Assembly (NCBI GenBank): GCA_965203485.1
Contig: OZ241892.1
Span: forward strand, 3,232,001-3,296,000
DNA from: Longimicrobiales bacterium
GTDB taxonomy: Bacteria > Gemmatimonadota > Gemmatimonadetes > Longimicrobiales > Gaopeijiaceae
DNA: 64,000 bases
Direction of reading: 5' to 3'
Of this stretch, positions 1 through 11,730 are shown piece after piece (within the stretch, counting starts at the first letter, position 1; each line of letters begins with the position of its first letter). The notes beneath the pieces were generated by a model. That model worked only from the letters and a program-made list of their open reading frames with translations. It did no database searches and was not told where the DNA came from. The position numbers and the translations under genes are program-made.

Positions 1-429
1 GGCTGCGATGTCGCTCTGCACGTTGTCCGGCACCTCGACCAGATTGGCGGCGGGCGCGAGCGCGAACTCGGCGAAGCCTCCCTGCCTGTGCTCCCCTACG
101 ACGGAGTACGGCTTCGGCGGCGGACCCGGAAACCGCGCGAGCTGGTACCAGTCGTACGCGACCGAGGGGTCGGCGACCACGCGCTTGCCGACCCATCCCG
201 GGTCCGTGCCGGGTCCGGCCTCGTCCACTACGCCCGCGACGTCGGAGCCGCCGATGTGCGGCATCGGAATGTCCACCGGAATGCCCCGCCGCAACCAGAG
301 ATCGAGGTGGTTGAGCGACGATGCCTCGACGCGGATGCGGACTTCGCCCGGCCCGGCCCGCGGATCGTCCACGTCCTCGACGACCACGGCGCCTGGACCG
401 CCGTGCTGGTGGAATACGGCTGCTCGCAT
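1..429 (-). CDS. MDR-family alcohol dehydrogenase / quinone oxidoreductase (5' part; runs off window)
   Basis: Hand translation from ATG 429: MRAAVFHQHGGPGAVVVEDVDDPRAGPGEVRIRVEASSLNHLDLWLRRG...PHIGGSDVAGVV, a typical GroES-like MDR N-terminus; not in the ORF track because it is truncated. Confidence 0.85.
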   Translation of the reverse strand, partial: MRAAVFHQHGGPGAVVVEDVDDPRAGPGEVRIRVEASSLNHLDLWLRRGIPVDIPMPHIGGSDVAGVVDEAGPGTDPGWVGKRVVADPSVAYDWYQLARFPGPPPKPYSVVGEHRQGGFAEFALAPAANLVEVPDNVQSDIAA

Positions 430-617
430 GATTCCAAGTATAGGACGCGCGGGCGTTGGATGGGACGGCCCGGCTCTCCTTGGCCGAGAGGGTGCGGCCC
501 GGCGGTCTGGCCGGGCGCTCTGGACTCGGGGGACGCCCTGCGGGCAGATTTGGCGGCGGCGGCCGACGACGACGGCGCGGGGCCGGCCCCGGCGAACGCA
601 GGCGCGAGGAGCCCGAG

Positions 618-998
618 ATGGCCAAGACCAAGCCCGGCCAGAGCGATGAGGACGCGACCCTGGGAGGGTACATGTCCGTCCACAGCCGTCCCCCGGCGTT
701 CGAGGGATGCGACGGGCAGCCCTACACCGTGTCGATCGAGACGGAGCGGTCGGCGGACCTCCGGGCGCCCGTTGCGGGCTACTTGGTCTTTCCGAAGTGG
801 GCGTCGTCCGGGCTGGGAATCGTCGGGCACGTCGAGAGCCCCCTGCTGTGGCGTGGTCCCACGCAGGACGCCGTCACGGCCGAGGCCGGCGGGGCTACCC
901 TTCGCCAAGTCCAGCAATGGCTGAACGAGGCGATCGTGGCGGCTGTCGGCGGGGACGAGGTTGCGCAGCCGAAGGCCCCGGCGCCGGAGGAGGGATGA
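618..998 (+). CDS. hypothetical protein
   Basis: ATG after GAGGAG; globular-looking sequence; stop overlaps the queE start (ATGA). Confidence 0.7.
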   Translation: MAKTKPGQSDEDATLGGYMSVHSRPPAFEGCDGQPYTVSIETERSADLRAPVAGYLVFPKWASSGLGIVGHVESPLLWRGPTQDAVTAEAGGATLRQVQQWLNEAIVAAVGGDEVAQPKAPAPEEG

Positions 999-1690
999 CG
1001 GACGTCGGGCGAGCCGGAGACGCTGCGCCTCGGACCGTCAGGGTGACCGAGATCTTCCGCTCGATTCAGGGCGAGTCCACGTGGTCCGGCTTGCCGTGCA
1101 CGTTCGTTCGGCTGACCGGTTGCCCCTTGAGGTGCGTCTGGTGCGACACGGCCTACGCGTTTCGCGGGGGCGCCAAGATGGGGTTGGACGAGGTGGTCGA
1201 GGCCGTGCTGCGGTTCGGCGGCACGCTGGTCGAGATCACCGGCGGCGAGCCGTTGGCGCAGCCGGGCGCGGCCGTGCTGGCCGAACGGCTTCTCGACGCG
1301 GGCTGCACGGTGCTGGTGGAGACGTCGGGCGCGATGGACATCGGAGTCTTGGATGCGCGCGTGCACCGGATCATGGACCTGAAGTGCCCCGGCTCCGGCG
1401 AGGACGGGCGCAACCTGTGGACCAACGTGGATCTGCTCACCGAGCGCGACGAGGTGAAGTTCGTCGTGGCAGGAATGGACGACTTCGAGTGGGCCGAGCG
1501 CGTGATTCGTCGGCGCCGGCTGGACGCCAAGGTCGAAGCGGGCTCCCTGGGCGGGTTGCTGGTGTCGCCGGTCTGGGGCCTTCCGCGGCTGGAGGAGCTG
1601 GCAGAGCGCATCCTTGCCAGCGGCTTGCCGGTGCGGTTGCAGACCCAGTTGCACAAGCACATTTGGGGACCCGACCGGGCGGGCGTGTAG
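995..1690 (+). CDS. queE: 7-carboxy-7-deazaguanine synthase (radical SAM)
   Basis: EIFRSIQGE, FVRLTGCPLRCVWCDT (CxxxCxxC), ITGGEPL, QLHKHIW. Confidence 0.9.
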   Translation: MTDVGRAGDAAPRTVRVTEIFRSIQGESTWSGLPCTFVRLTGCPLRCVWCDTAYAFRGGAKMGLDEVVEAVLRFGGTLVEITGGEPLAQPGAAVLAERLLDAGCTVLVETSGAMDIGVLDARVHRIMDLKCPGSGEDGRNLWTNVDLLTERDEVKFVVAGMDDFEWAERVIRRRRLDAKVEAGSLGGLLVSPVWGLPRLEELAERILASGLPVRLQTQLHKHIWGPDRAGV

Positions 1691-1728
1691 CGCCGGGGCT
1701 GCACCGGCTCCCTGCGTCCGCTTCAGCC

Positions 1729-2374
1729 ATGTTGCTGTCCCGGCTTCCCCAGGCGCTGGCCGGCCCGCCCGGCGCGATCCCGCCTTCTCCTGCCCGCGAA
1801 CGTTCCCGCGCGAGCGCCGCCGCCGCTCTGGTCCTGCGTCCCCGGACCCGAAGCCGCCCGCGCGTCGCCGCCTCGGACGTGCTCTTGATTCGTAGGGCCG
1901 ATTCGGAACGCGACCCCTGGTCCGGCCAGATGGCGTTGCCCGGCGGACGGAGCGAGATCGCGGACTCCTCGCTCCTCGCCACCGCTGTGCGCGAGACGTT
2001 GGAGGAGACCGGGCTGGACTTGGCGCCCGTCCGTTGCCGCATTGGTCCGCTGCCCCCTTCCCGGCCCGCTTCTCCGCGCGTTCCTCCGGTGACGATCTGG
2101 CCCTTCGTCTTCCGCGCTCCTGCCGCCGCCCGCGCGCGGGTCGCCAGCCCGGAAGTGGCGTCAGTCCACTGGTTGCCCGTGCGGCGCCTCCTGGACCGGA
2201 CCAATCGCGGCATCCACCTGCATCAAGTCCGCGGAGAAGCGCGCTCCTTCCCGTGCATCCGCGTAGGCGGGCGGGTGATCTGGGGCCTCACGTACCGGAT
2301 TCTCGACCGTTTCTTGGCCCTCGCCTTTGCCGGGGCGGGGGTGGCGCCGGCGCCAGGAGGCCCCAACGCGACCG

Positions 2375-2403
<29 letters not shown>
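1729..2403 (+). CDS. Nudix hydrolase, CoA pyrophosphatase family
   Basis: WSGQMALPGG, Nudix box AVRETLEETG, and IWGLT motif. Confidence 0.85.
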
Positions 2404-3502
<1,099 letters not shown>

Positions 3503-3640
3503 CGGCCCGCCGTGCGCGCTTGGCCGAGACCGGGGGGCGAAGGGGATCACTGCGAAGCGTAAGGTCATCTGTGGCGTTCGTCTGTTGGTTGGATGCGTCT
3601 TGTGGACATGGTACGGCGATGCGGCTTCCCGGAGTCGGCG

Positions 3641-4804
3641 TCATTTGTCTTGGGCCGGCGGCTCCGAACGGGACACGCGAACGCCGCGCTTGGCGAGTTC
3701 CTCGATGAACAGGGCGGGAGGAAGGGCCTCGTCGGGGGTGCGAACGCCGGGACCGGGCACGTCGCCGCGGGCTTGCAGGAGGGCCGTGACGGCCAAGGCG
3801 AAGCCAGTGGTTCGCGCCATCGCGGTGAGGCCGGTCGCGTGGTCGTAGTGGTCCACCAGGTCGAAACGGACGCGCGCGCGGCGGCCGTCGCGGCGGCCCG
3901 CGGCCTCCACGCGCGCCACGACCACGTCGTCGCCGTGCGGGTTGGTCAAGCGCGGCGTCGCGCGCTCGACGAAGAACTTCCTGGGATTGACCTTGCCGCC
4001 GCGAAAGTCCACGTCGCCGTCTTCCAGGAGGCCCAAGTCGCGGATCGCGCGCATGATCGCGGCGTGGCCAGGGTAGCGCAGCGTCTTGTATTCCAGCCTG
4101 TCGATGCGGTTCTCGTACCGGTTCGGCATCGTCGATACTCCGCCCGCCGTGTGGAACGCCTCGAGGCGGCCGACGGACTCGGGGAACTCGATCTCCTCCA
4201 CCCCCGAGAGCGCCTCCACCTGGGTGCGCTTGCCGCCCGCCAGAACCACGGCGGGCGTCACGTAGTAGTCGAGCACGCCTTCCAGGGAATAGACGATCTG
4301 GTAGCGGAGCGGCGGCTTGGGGTCGCGCGGCAGGCCGCCCACCCACATGCATACCGAATCGGTCGCGTCCAACTCGTCGATGCCCGCTTGCGCGAGCACG
4401 TTCGCGATGCCGGGCGCGAGGCCCGTGTCCGGCACGAGCGACACGTTGCGCCGCCGCGCCCGGGCGTCGAGCGAACGCTGCTTCAGCACGATCTCGGTGT
4501 TGCCGCCCAAGTCCGTGAAGTGGACGTCGGCGTCCACCGCCAGGCGCGCCATGTCGTAGTTGAAGCGGTAGGGCAGCGCGCACAGCACGCCCGTCGCGCC
4601 GCTCATCGCGTCCCGGACCTCGTCTTCGGAGCGAGCGTCCAAGACGCGCGTCCGGAGCCGCTTCCCCAGGAACGGTCTCAGAACGGGATGCGCCTGCGCT
4701 GGGCGAGCGTCGGCCATGGCCACCTCCTCCACGCCCTCGTCGCGCAGCAAGTCGAAGGCCGCCGCCGACCCTTGGGTCCCGCCTCCCAGAACGAGAAACC
4801 TCAT
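3641..4804 (-). CDS. saccharopine dehydrogenase / lysine 6-dehydrogenase family oxidoreductase
   Basis: [12 protein letters not shown]ossmann motif, [30 protein letters not shown] overlaps the gyrA-like stop. Confidence 0.88.
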   Translation of the reverse strand: MRFLVLGGGTQGSAAAFDLLRDEGVEEVAMADARPAQAHPVLRPFLGKRLRTRVLDARSEDEVRDAMSGATGVLCALPYRFNYDMARLAVDADVHFTDLGGNTEIVLKQRSLDARARRRNVSLVPDTGLAPGIANVLAQAGIDELDATDSVCMWVGGLPRDPKPPLRYQIVYSLEGVLDYYVTPAVVLAGGKRTQVEALSGVEEIEFPESVGRLEAFHTAGGVSTMPNRYENRIDRLEYKTLRYPGHAAIMRAIRDLGLLEDGDVDFRGGKVNPRKFFVERATPRLTNPHGDDVVVARVEAAGRRDGRRARVRFDLVDHYDHATGLTAMARTTGFALAVTALLQARGDVPGPGVRTPDEALPPALFIEELAKRGVRVSRSEPPAQDK

Positions 4805-7467
4805 GGCCGCGGAGTCGGCGAGAACAAGTCGCGGTCTTCCCGGAAACGCCCAGCGCGGCTCGGCGGTCGCGGGGTTGCCGGCGGGCCCGCGTCCTCTTCT
4901 TTCGCCGCCCCGCCCTCGCGCGCCAAGTCCGCGCCGGGCGCCAGGCCGGCTTTGGCTCCCGTCGGCAGTCGCTTGTCCGCGGGCTCCGGGGGCTGTCCGT
5001 CCGCGCCGCCGCGGCCGCCCGCTCGGTCTCCGGTCTCCGCCAAGGCGCGCGACACCTCCACGATCCGGTCGCCCGGCTCCAGGGTCGTCAGCCGTCCGGC
5101 CAGGGCCAGCCTCCGCGTCACGGGCACCGAGCCCGCGACGAGCCAGTGCGTGCGCCCCGCGGCAGACACCACCATGACGCCGTCCTCGTCCAGGACCTCG
5201 AGCGCGCCGGCCAGGCGTCCTCCGTCCCGCTCCGGCAGGAGAAGCGCGCCCAGGCCGCCCCTCTTCTGCATCGGGAATTCGTCCATCGCGGTCCGCTTCC
5301 CCCTGCCGTCCTCGGTCACCGAAAGGATCGTCGTCTCGCGGACCAGCACGGCCATCCCCACCACGTAGTCTCCCGGCCGCAACCCGACCGCCTTGACGCC
5401 CTGCGCCCCGCGGCCCGCCACCGGCACCTGGGTCGCCGGGAAGCGTATCGCGCGGCCTCCATGGGTCGCGAACAGGAGCTCGGCTCCGCCGGACGCCAGT
5501 GCCACGTCGAGAATCTCGTCGCCGTCGCGCACTCCCGCGGCGAGGAGTCCCCCCGCCTTGGGACGCGCGTACTGGTCCAGCCGGGTGCGCTTCACCATGC
5601 CTTGCCGCGTCGCGAACACGACGTAGCAGTCCTCGGACAGGTCGTCGGCCGAGACCACGGCGGCGATGGGGTCGCGCGCGGGCGCGTCCAGGAGTCCGTA
5701 CGCCGAGCGTCCCCGCGAAGCCAGCGAAGCCTCGGGCACGTCTTCCAGCTTCAGGCGCCACACCTTGCCGCTCTTCGTGAAGAGAAGCAGCCATCCCTGC
5801 GTCCGGGCCACCACGGCGCGCTCGAGAAAGTCGCCCTCGTAGCGGCCCATGCGAGCCAGCGCCTTGCCCGCCGTCGTTCGGCGCTGGTGAATGTGCACCG
5901 GGATGCGCTTGAGGTAGCGGCGGCGCGAGACCGTCGCCACGACCGCTTCGTCCGCGGCGCCCGACTCCACGGGCGCGGCCGCGTCCTCGTCGCCCGCAAG
6001 GATATGGGTGCGGCGGGCGTCGCCGAACTGCTCCACGACGGCGTCCATCTCGGCGAGCATCGTGGCGAGCTGCAGCGACTCGTCCCCCAAGAGCTTCCGA
6101 AGTTCCCGTATCTCGGCCTCGAGGGCGGCCCTGCGCGCCCGCAGCTCGTCTCCTTCGAGGGCGGTGAGCTTGGCCAAGCGAAGATCGAGGATCGCGCCCG
6201 CCTGCACGTCGCTGAGGCCGAAGGCGTCCTGCAGCTTCTCGGCGGCTTCCGCGCGGTTCGCCGAGCCGCGGATCAGCGCGATGACTTGGTCGATGTCGTC
6301 CAGGGCGACGAGCAAGCCCTCGGTGACGTGGAGCGCCGCGAGGGCCTTCTCCAAGTCGAAGCGAGTCCGGGCGCGGATGACCTCGAGCCGGTGGTCGCGG
6401 AACCGCTCCAGCAATTCCTTCAGCGTGAACTCGCGGGGCTGCTTGCCGCCGTCCAGCGCGAGCAGGATCGCCCCGAACGTGGACTGAAGCGCCGTCTTCT
6501 TGAGGAGGAGCTGGACGATCCGCCCGGCGTCGGCGCCCCGCTTGAGCTCGATCACCAAGCGCACGCCCTCCCGGTCCGATTCGTCGCGCAACCCGGAGAC
6601 GTCCGGCAGGGCGCCCTTGCGCTTGAGTCCGGCGATCTGGTCCACGATGCGGGCCTTGGACGTGGCGTAGGGCAGTTCGGTCACGACGATCTGCCGCCGT
6701 CCCCCGCGCACAGCCTCCGTCACGATGCGGGCCCTCATCGTGATGCGGCCCCTCCCCGTCTCGTACATCTCGCGCAGGCCCTCCGCGCGCGCAACGAAGG
6801 CGCCCGTGGGGAAGTCCGGGCCCGGAAGGTCCTTCATCAAGTCGGCGACGTCGCAGTCCGGGCGCTCCACCAGGGTGCGCAGGGCGGCGGCCACCTCGCC
6901 CAGGTTGTGCGGCGGAACGTTGGTGCTCATGCCGACGGCTATGCCCGCGCTGCCGTTGACCAGCAGGTTGGGGATGCGGGCGGGCAGCACTGTGGGTTCC
7001 TGGAGACGGTCGTCGAAGTTGTCTTCCCACTGCACCGTCTCCTTCTCGATCTCGGCCAGCATCTCGCTCGCCACGGCGGACAGGCGCGCTTCCGTGTAGC
7101 GATAGGCCGCCGCCGCGTCGCCGTCGAGCGAGCCGAAGTTGCCCTGGCCGTCCACTAGCGGATAGCGCAGCGAGAAGTCCTGCACCATGCGGACCAAGGC
7201 GTCGTACACCGCCGCGTCGCCGTGCGGGTGGTACTTGCCCAGGACTTCGCCGACGACGGTGGCGCACTTCTTGTGGTCGCGGTCGGGCTGGAGCCCGAGC
7301 CCGTGCATTGCGAACAGGATGCGCCGGTGCACCGGCTTCAGGCCGTCGCGCACGTCCGGCAACGCGCGTTGAACGATCACGCTCATCGAGTAGTCGAGGA
7401 ACGAGTCGCGCATCTCGGTTTCGATGAGGCGCGAGACGATGCGTTCGCGTTGCTGGGCTAGCGTCAA
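4801..7467 (-). CDS. gyrA: type IIA topoisomerase subunit A (GyrA/ParC family; GyrA box degenerate)
   Basis: [29 protein letters not shown] catalytic Tyr, C-terminal pinwheel repeats; TTG start with GGAGAG RBS. Confidence 0.9.
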   Translation of the reverse strand: MTLAQQRERIVSRLIETEMRDSFLDYSMSVIVQRALPDVRDGLKPVHRRILFAMHGLGLQPDRDHKKCATVVGEVLGKYHPHGDAAVYDALVRMVQDFSLRYPLVDGQGNFGSLDGDAAAAYRYTEARLSAVASEMLAEIEKETVQWEDNFDDRLQEPTVLPARIPNLLVNGSAGIAVGMSTNVPPHNLGEVAAALRTLVERPDCDVADLMKDLPGPDFPTGAFVARAEGLREMYETGRGRITMRARIVTEAVRGGRRQIVVTELPYATSKARIVDQIAGLKRKGALPDVSGLRDESDREGVRLVIELKRGADAGRIVQLLLKKTALQSTFGAILLALDGGKQPREFTLKELLERFRDHRLEVIRARTRFDLEKALAALHVTEGLLVALDDIDQVIALIRGSANRAEAAEKLQDAFGLSDVQAGAILDLRLAKLTALEGDELRARRAALEAEIRELRKLLGDESLQLATMLAEMDAVVEQFGDARRTHILAGDEDAAAPVESGAADEAVVATVSRRRYLKRIPVHIHQRRTTAGKALARMGRYEGDFLERAVVARTQGWLLLFTKSGKVWRLKLEDVPEASLASRGRSAYGLLDAPARDPIAAVVSADDLSEDCYVVFATRQGMVKRTRLDQYARPKAGGLLAAGVRDGDEILDVALASGGAELLFATHGGRAIRFPATQVPVAGRGAQGVKAVGLRPGDYVVGMAVLVRETTILSVTEDGRGKRTAMDEFPMQKRGGLGALLLPERDGGRLAGALEVLDEDGVMVVSAAGRTHWLVAGSVPVTRRLALAGRLTTLEPGDRIVEVSRALAETGDRAGGRGGADGQPPEPADKRLPTGAKAGLAPGADLAREGGAAKEEDAGPPATPRPPSRAGRFREDRDLFSPTPRP

Positions 7468-7576
7468 TTCGCTCTCCGTGGCCGGACGGGACGTGGCTGG
7501 CCGCTCCCTCCTGTCCCGCGTAGACGGCGCCGCCGGCCGCTACCCGGCCCGGTTTGGGGCTTTGCGACTTGGGCGC

Positions 7577-8500
7577 CTAGGCGCCGCGAGCGCGATTGCC
7601 GGGAGCATCGAGGGACGGAGCTGAGCGGCGGCCTAATATACGCCCCGGCGAAGGGCCCGCAGGGACCATCGCGCGCTCGAGGACCTTCACCGAGTCCCCC
7701 AGTTGGACGCGCCCGGGGCCGTCGTGGACCGCGTTGAGTCCGAAGTACGCCTTGTCCTCGATCTTGCGGTACCGGGCCAGCGTCCGCAACGGTTCCGACG
7801 CCGAATCGGCTTCGCCGGTGGCTTGGTCGATGGTGGTCACCTTGCAGCGCGCGCAGAGCTTGACGCCCGAGAACGTCACGCCGCCTGCGGAGAAGCGGCG
7901 CCACTGGTCCTCGTCGTGCGGCGGCGCCCCGCGGACGACGACGTTAGGCCGAAAGCGGTCGGCGGGCACGCGCCGGCCGGAGCGGCGGGCCAGCTCTTGG
8001 ACGGCGGCCTCGGTCACCACCAGAACCGGATATCCGTCGGCGAACGACACGCGGCGGCCTTCGGCGAAGGCGGGGTCGGCGAAGCGCATGTCGTCGTCGG
8101 CCATGAACGCGAGGCGGCGTTCGGTGCCCAGCCGTTCGGAGAGCCAGGCGTCGGCCTCGGCGCCGCACGACCGGGCCGCAACTTCGCTGTCCCAGACGCG
8201 CACCCGAAGGGGCGGCCCGCCCGCCGCGAAAGGGACTTGGAGGGGCGGGGCCCCGGGCGCGCTCAGGACCAGGCCGGCGCCGGGCTCCACGCGAGGGACC
8301 AGGCGGGCCAGCCCGGGCGTGTCGCGCTGCGAGCAGAACTGGCCCGCGGGGGTGGCGACGAGCCAGCGCCGGTCGTGGCACGGACCGAAGCGGTCGAAGT
8401 CGAGCGCATCGGCGTCCAGGCCGGCCGCGCCCTTCACCGGATAGATGCGCAGGCGGGCGACTCGAAGACGATCGGTCGCAGCGCCGGCCGGGCCGGTCAC
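7577..8500 (-). CDS. MOSC domain protein (YcbX/mARC-like)
   Basis: IYPVKG, DRRW, FADGYP, DRFRPNVVV, CARC; start approximate. Confidence 0.88.
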   Translation of the reverse strand: MTGPAGAATDRLRVARLRIYPVKGAAGLDADALDFDRFGPCHDRRWLVATPAGQFCSQRDTPGLARLVPRVEPGAGLVLSAPGAPPLQVPFAAGGPPLRVRVWDSEVAARSCGAEADAWLSERLGTERRLAFMADDDMRFADPAFAEGRRVSFADGYPVLVVTEAAVQELARRSGRRVPADRFRPNVVVRGAPPHDEDQWRRFSAGGVTFSGVKLCARCKVTTIDQATGEADSASEPLRTLARYRKIEDKAYFGLNAVHDGPGRVQLGDSVKVLERAMVPAGPSPGRILGRRSAPSLDAPGNRARGA

Positions 8501-8673
8501 GGGACGAAGCGGCCGCGTGGGCGGGCGTCGTCCGAACCGCCAACCGGCGCCTTGACACGAGGGCCGCTCACTTCCAGCGTACCAGACTCGGGAGACGGCG
8601 GCGCGCGCAACGGAGCGTTGCCGTCGCGCCAGGCCCGGCTCGGCAAATACCCCAGCGGCGGCGACCATCCGAC

Positions 8674-8973
8674 ATGTACAAAGCCGTGTTCCAAGTCACC
8701 GATGCGTACGACCACCCGCACGGAGGCCGAATTCTGCGATTGAAGCTGCGGTCGGGCGACGCGCCGAGCGTCAAGGCGCTCAAGAACAAGGTGGTGGTGG
8801 CGAGTTCTCCGGCGGGCGAGGAGGCGCGCCTGCGCGTGTCGAACTTCGCGGTCTTCGGGGGAAAGCCGTCCGACGCGCGCTTGGCGCGGACGGGACGCGC
8901 CGACGTGCTCGTGGAAGGCGACGGGGCGTCCCGGGTGGACGCGGGCTGGGAGGTCTCGGCGGGCAGGGGCTGA
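8674..8973 (+). CDS. small hypothetical beta-rich protein
   Basis: 99-aa ORF with host-like codon usage filling the gap between genes. Confidence 0.65.
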   Translation: MYKAVFQVTDAYDHPHGGRILRLKLRSGDAPSVKALKNKVVVASSPAGEEARLRVSNFAVFGGKPSDARLARTGRADVLVEGDGASRVDAGWEVSAGRG

Positions 8974-9013
8974 GCAGTCCGGCGGACGGTGGAGACGGCC
9001 CCGCGGCGCGCGA

Positions 9014-9814
9014 TCAGCGCTGGGCGGGCCCGCGGGCCGCGGTGTTGCCGCGCAGGCCGGGGGGTTCGCGCTCGAACGTGCGGCGAAACCACTCGGCGTA
9101 CTTTTCCGGCGCGTCGGGGTTGTCGGCCAGCCAAGCCCGGCGGGCCTCGACGAACGCGCCCGGCCGCGCCGTGAGGAGGAACGCGTCCAGGAAGCCTCGG
9201 CTCTTCGCGTAGGCGAGTTCGTCCAAGATGCCGTACGGGAAGGCTCCCAGGATGGCGCGGTGGTACAGCCAAGCGTCCGCCACGCGCGCCAGGACGGCCC
9301 GCTCGATCTCGAAGTCGCTTCCGCCTGCCGCGTCGGGAAGCCAGCGGTCCAGCCTGTCCTGCGCGGCCATCAGGTGCAGGTGCGCGTAGATGAGGTAGAT
9401 CGGGGCGGTGCCCGGCGCGCGTTGCGCTTCGATGTGCGCGGTGTCGGCTTCCTCGTTGATCGTCAGCGCGTCCCACGGGTACACGGGTCCTTCGCCGGCG
9501 TCCAGGTTGATCATGAAGGAAGGGTCGAGGCGGATGCTGTCCATCTGCTCGCGAAGCCAAGTGTCCACTTCCCTCATGTGCTCTTCGTCCGCCGTCAACC
9601 GTTCGCCCGAGTGGACCACCAGCCGCCGGGGCGTGGGCAGCTCGCTGGGACCGCCCGCGCCGCAAGCCTGCGACAGCGCCGCGACGGCCAGGGCGCCCGC
9701 GAGCGCCGCCTTCGCCTTCGCATTCCGGAGGCTGGGGGGGACGGAGGGGCGGGCAACGCGGTCGTCGTTCTCGGGGTCCTGCCGGAGGCGCTGGCTCGAG
9801 CGAGGCGTCGGCAT
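9014..9814 (-). CDS. hypothetical lipoprotein
   Basis: AGGAGG RBS; hydrophobic stretch ending LSQAC (lipobox-like). Confidence 0.7.
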   Translation of the reverse strand: MPTPRSSQRLRQDPENDDRVARPSVPPSLRNAKAKAALAGALAVAALSQACGAGGPSELPTPRRLVVHSGERLTADEEHMREVDTWLREQMDSIRLDPSFMINLDAGEGPVYPWDALTINEEADTAHIEAQRAPGTAPIYLIYAHLHLMAAQDRLDRWLPDAAGGSDFEIERAVLARVADAWLYHRAILGAFPYGILDELAYAKSRGFLDAFLLTARPGAFVEARRAWLADNPDAPEKYAEWFRRTFEREPPGLRGNTAARGPAQR

Positions 9815-9900
9815 GTTCCCCTCCTAGGGATGAGCCGCGGATTCTTGGACGGGCGACGGCCGGGCCAAGCGGCCCCCGTAGCAGTTCGCAACCCTCAAGT

Positions 9901-10119
9901 CTACGAGGATTCCTGCGACGCGGGCGCCGTTCCGGTCTCCCCTGCGTCGCGCCAGCGCAGCATTTCGAACGGACTCCGGCAGTCGTCGCACCAATAGGTC
10001 GCGAGCGAGGCGTGGCTGCCGAAGGCGGACGCCAGACTGGTGCGGCGCCCTCGGCAGTGCGGACAGACGGGACTCTTCGGGAGCCCAGCGGGCGGCCCTG
10101 CGAGCGGCTCGGCGCTCAT
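9901..10119 (-). CDS. PaaD C-terminal-like zinc-ribbon protein
   Basis: CPHC...FGS...YWCDDCRSPFE; ATGA overlap with paaC. Confidence 0.8.
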   Translation of the reverse strand: MSAEPLAGPPAGLPKSPVCPHCRGRRTSLASAFGSHASLATYWCDDCRSPFEMLRWRDAGETGTAPASQESS

Positions 10120-10940
10120 TCGACGAACAGGGACCGGTTGCGGTCGCCGCGCGCCCTCTCCACCGCTTCCTCGGCGGGGGAGCCCGGCCCGCGCCGCCGC
10201 TCCGAGTCCCAACCCGCCCGGTCGGGACACGCGTCCTCGAACCGGCGTCCGACCGCGGCCAGCGCAGGGCTCACGCGGTCGGCGTAGCGCTCGCGGACCC
10301 GCTCCTCGGGCCACACCTTGTCGTTCGCGGCCAGCGACTCGTAGAGATCGTCGCCGGGCAGCAGCCAGGCAAGCGTCGAAGGCAGCATGGCGTCCACGCC
10401 CGCGCGCAACCGGTCCGCCCCTTCGCCTCCCGCCGCGGCCAGGCGCTCGAACCACGCGGCCCCAAAGTGGCGATGATGCTCCTCCTCGGCGAGCATCTTG
10501 GGCACGCGCGACCGGGCCAGGGCGAAGCCGCCCGCGCCGAGGCTCTCCAGGGCCGTCTCCAGCGCCCCGTCCACGACGACCACGGCGGCCGTCAGCGCAG
10601 CCCAGTCCGCGAACTCGCCGTCGAGTGCCGGCAAGGAGTAGTAGCGGCCGGCGGGCCGCTCGTGCTCGACCGCGAACGGATCGAAGCCGAAGTCCCGCAA
10701 CATCGAGTAGAGGAGACGCGCGTGCCCCCATTCGTCTTGGGCCATGGACGACGCGGCGATTCCCGTCTCGATCGACGGACTGCCCAGCAGCCAGTCGCTG
10801 TAGCGGATGCCCAGCAGCCGCTTGGAGTCCGCGAGCGAGAGGATGTGGCGGGCGAGGGGGTCGGGGTCCCGCGCGGGCGCCGACGCGCCGTCGGCCGTCG
10901 TGCCGGAAGCGGGCGCCGGGCGGCCGCCGTCGCCGCTCAC
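10116..10940 (-). CDS. paaC: PaaC-like ferritin-fold epoxidase subunit
   Basis: LADSK, AQDEWGHAR, EEEHH; GTG start with GGAG RBS overlapping the paaB stop. Confidence 0.8.
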   Translation of the reverse strand: MSGDGGRPAPASGTTADGASAPARDPDPLARHILSLADSKRLLGIRYSDWLLGSPSIETGIAASSMAQDEWGHARLLYSMLRDFGFDPFAVEHERPAGRYYSLPALDGEFADWAALTAAVVVVDGALETALESLGAGGFALARSRVPKMLAEEEHHRHFGAAWFERLAAAGGEGADRLRAGVDAMLPSTLAWLLPGDDLYESLAANDKVWPEERVRERYADRVSPALAAVGRRFEDACPDRAGWDSERRRGPGSPAEEAVERARGDRNRSLFVE

Positions 10941-11275
10941 CTCCGTGCGCCCGTTTCGCGAGCCGGGTCGGCCGGGCCGCGGCCGCCCACGGGGGACTCG
11001 GCCGGCCCAGCCCCCGGACCCGCCCGGACGATGGCCCGGCGCGGCACGACGCACATCTCGAACCAGCTCTCTTCGTCGTACGTCTTCCAGGCGTAGACCC
11101 GGGCCAGCGCCTCCCCGGGCGCGTCGACGCATCCCACGTGCCGGAGCGCGTCGCCCCGCTTCTTGCGGGCGAACACCTCGTACGGCTCTTCTCCCAACGG
11201 GCCCGCCGCCGCACCCGCGCCCTCGGGTCCGCTCGCGCTCCGGCTCCCCGGCGCGCGCTCGTCGCCGTCGTTCAC
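10937..11275 (-). CDS. paaB: PaaB-like subunit
   Basis: YEVFARKKRGDALRHVGCVDAP...VVPRRAI. Confidence 0.8.
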   Translation of the reverse strand: MNDGDERAPGSRSASGPEGAGAAAGPLGEEPYEVFARKKRGDALRHVGCVDAPGEALARVYAWKTYDEESWFEMCVVPRRAIVRAGPGAGPAESPVGGRGPADPARETGARR

Positions 11276-11730
11276 GCTCCCACCCCGAACTTGGCCAGCT
11301 CGCGCCGGCCCCTCGGCGTCAGCGACGCCGTAGTCCACGGCGGATCCCAGACCTCGTTGATCTCCACCGACCGCACCCACGGCTCGCGCCCGATGCGGTC
11401 CATCACGTCCTCCTTGATGAAGTCCATGCAGGGACACGCCGTGGCCGTGAACGTCAGGTCGATCCGCGCCGTCCCCCCGTCGAGCTCGGCGTTCCTCACC
11501 AAGCCGAGGTCCACCAGCGAAATGGGCAACTCCGGGTCCAGCACCTCCCCGAGGGCGGCCATCAGGGCCCCCTTGGCGTCCTCCGGCGTCTCGTGGAGCG
11601 GCTCCGACCACCGGTCGCGCCCGCCGGACACGTGCGAAGCCAGAGTCGCCGGCGGCCCGTCCGCGACGGTCTCCCGCTTTGCGCCGGACGCTCCGGAATC
11701 CCCCGCCCGCACCGTCGTCAGGCGAGCCAC
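11272..11730 (-). CDS. paaD: DUF59 / PaaD-like metal-sulfur cluster assembly factor
   Basis: VLDPELPISLVDLGLV, TATACP, WDPPWT; start approximate. Confidence 0.82.
   Translation of the reverse strand: MARLTTVRAGDSGASGAKRETVADGPPATLASHVSGGRDRWSEPLHETPEDAKGALMAALGEVLDPELPISLVDLGLVRNAELDGGTARIDLTFTATACPCMDFIKEDVMDRIGREPWVRSVEINEVWDPPWTTASLTPRGRRELAKFGVGA

Noticed and set aside
995..1690. queE as part of a 7-deazaguanine DNA-modification (dpd) system
   Set aside because: No dpdA/tgt-like, queC or queD genes nearby; housekeeping context
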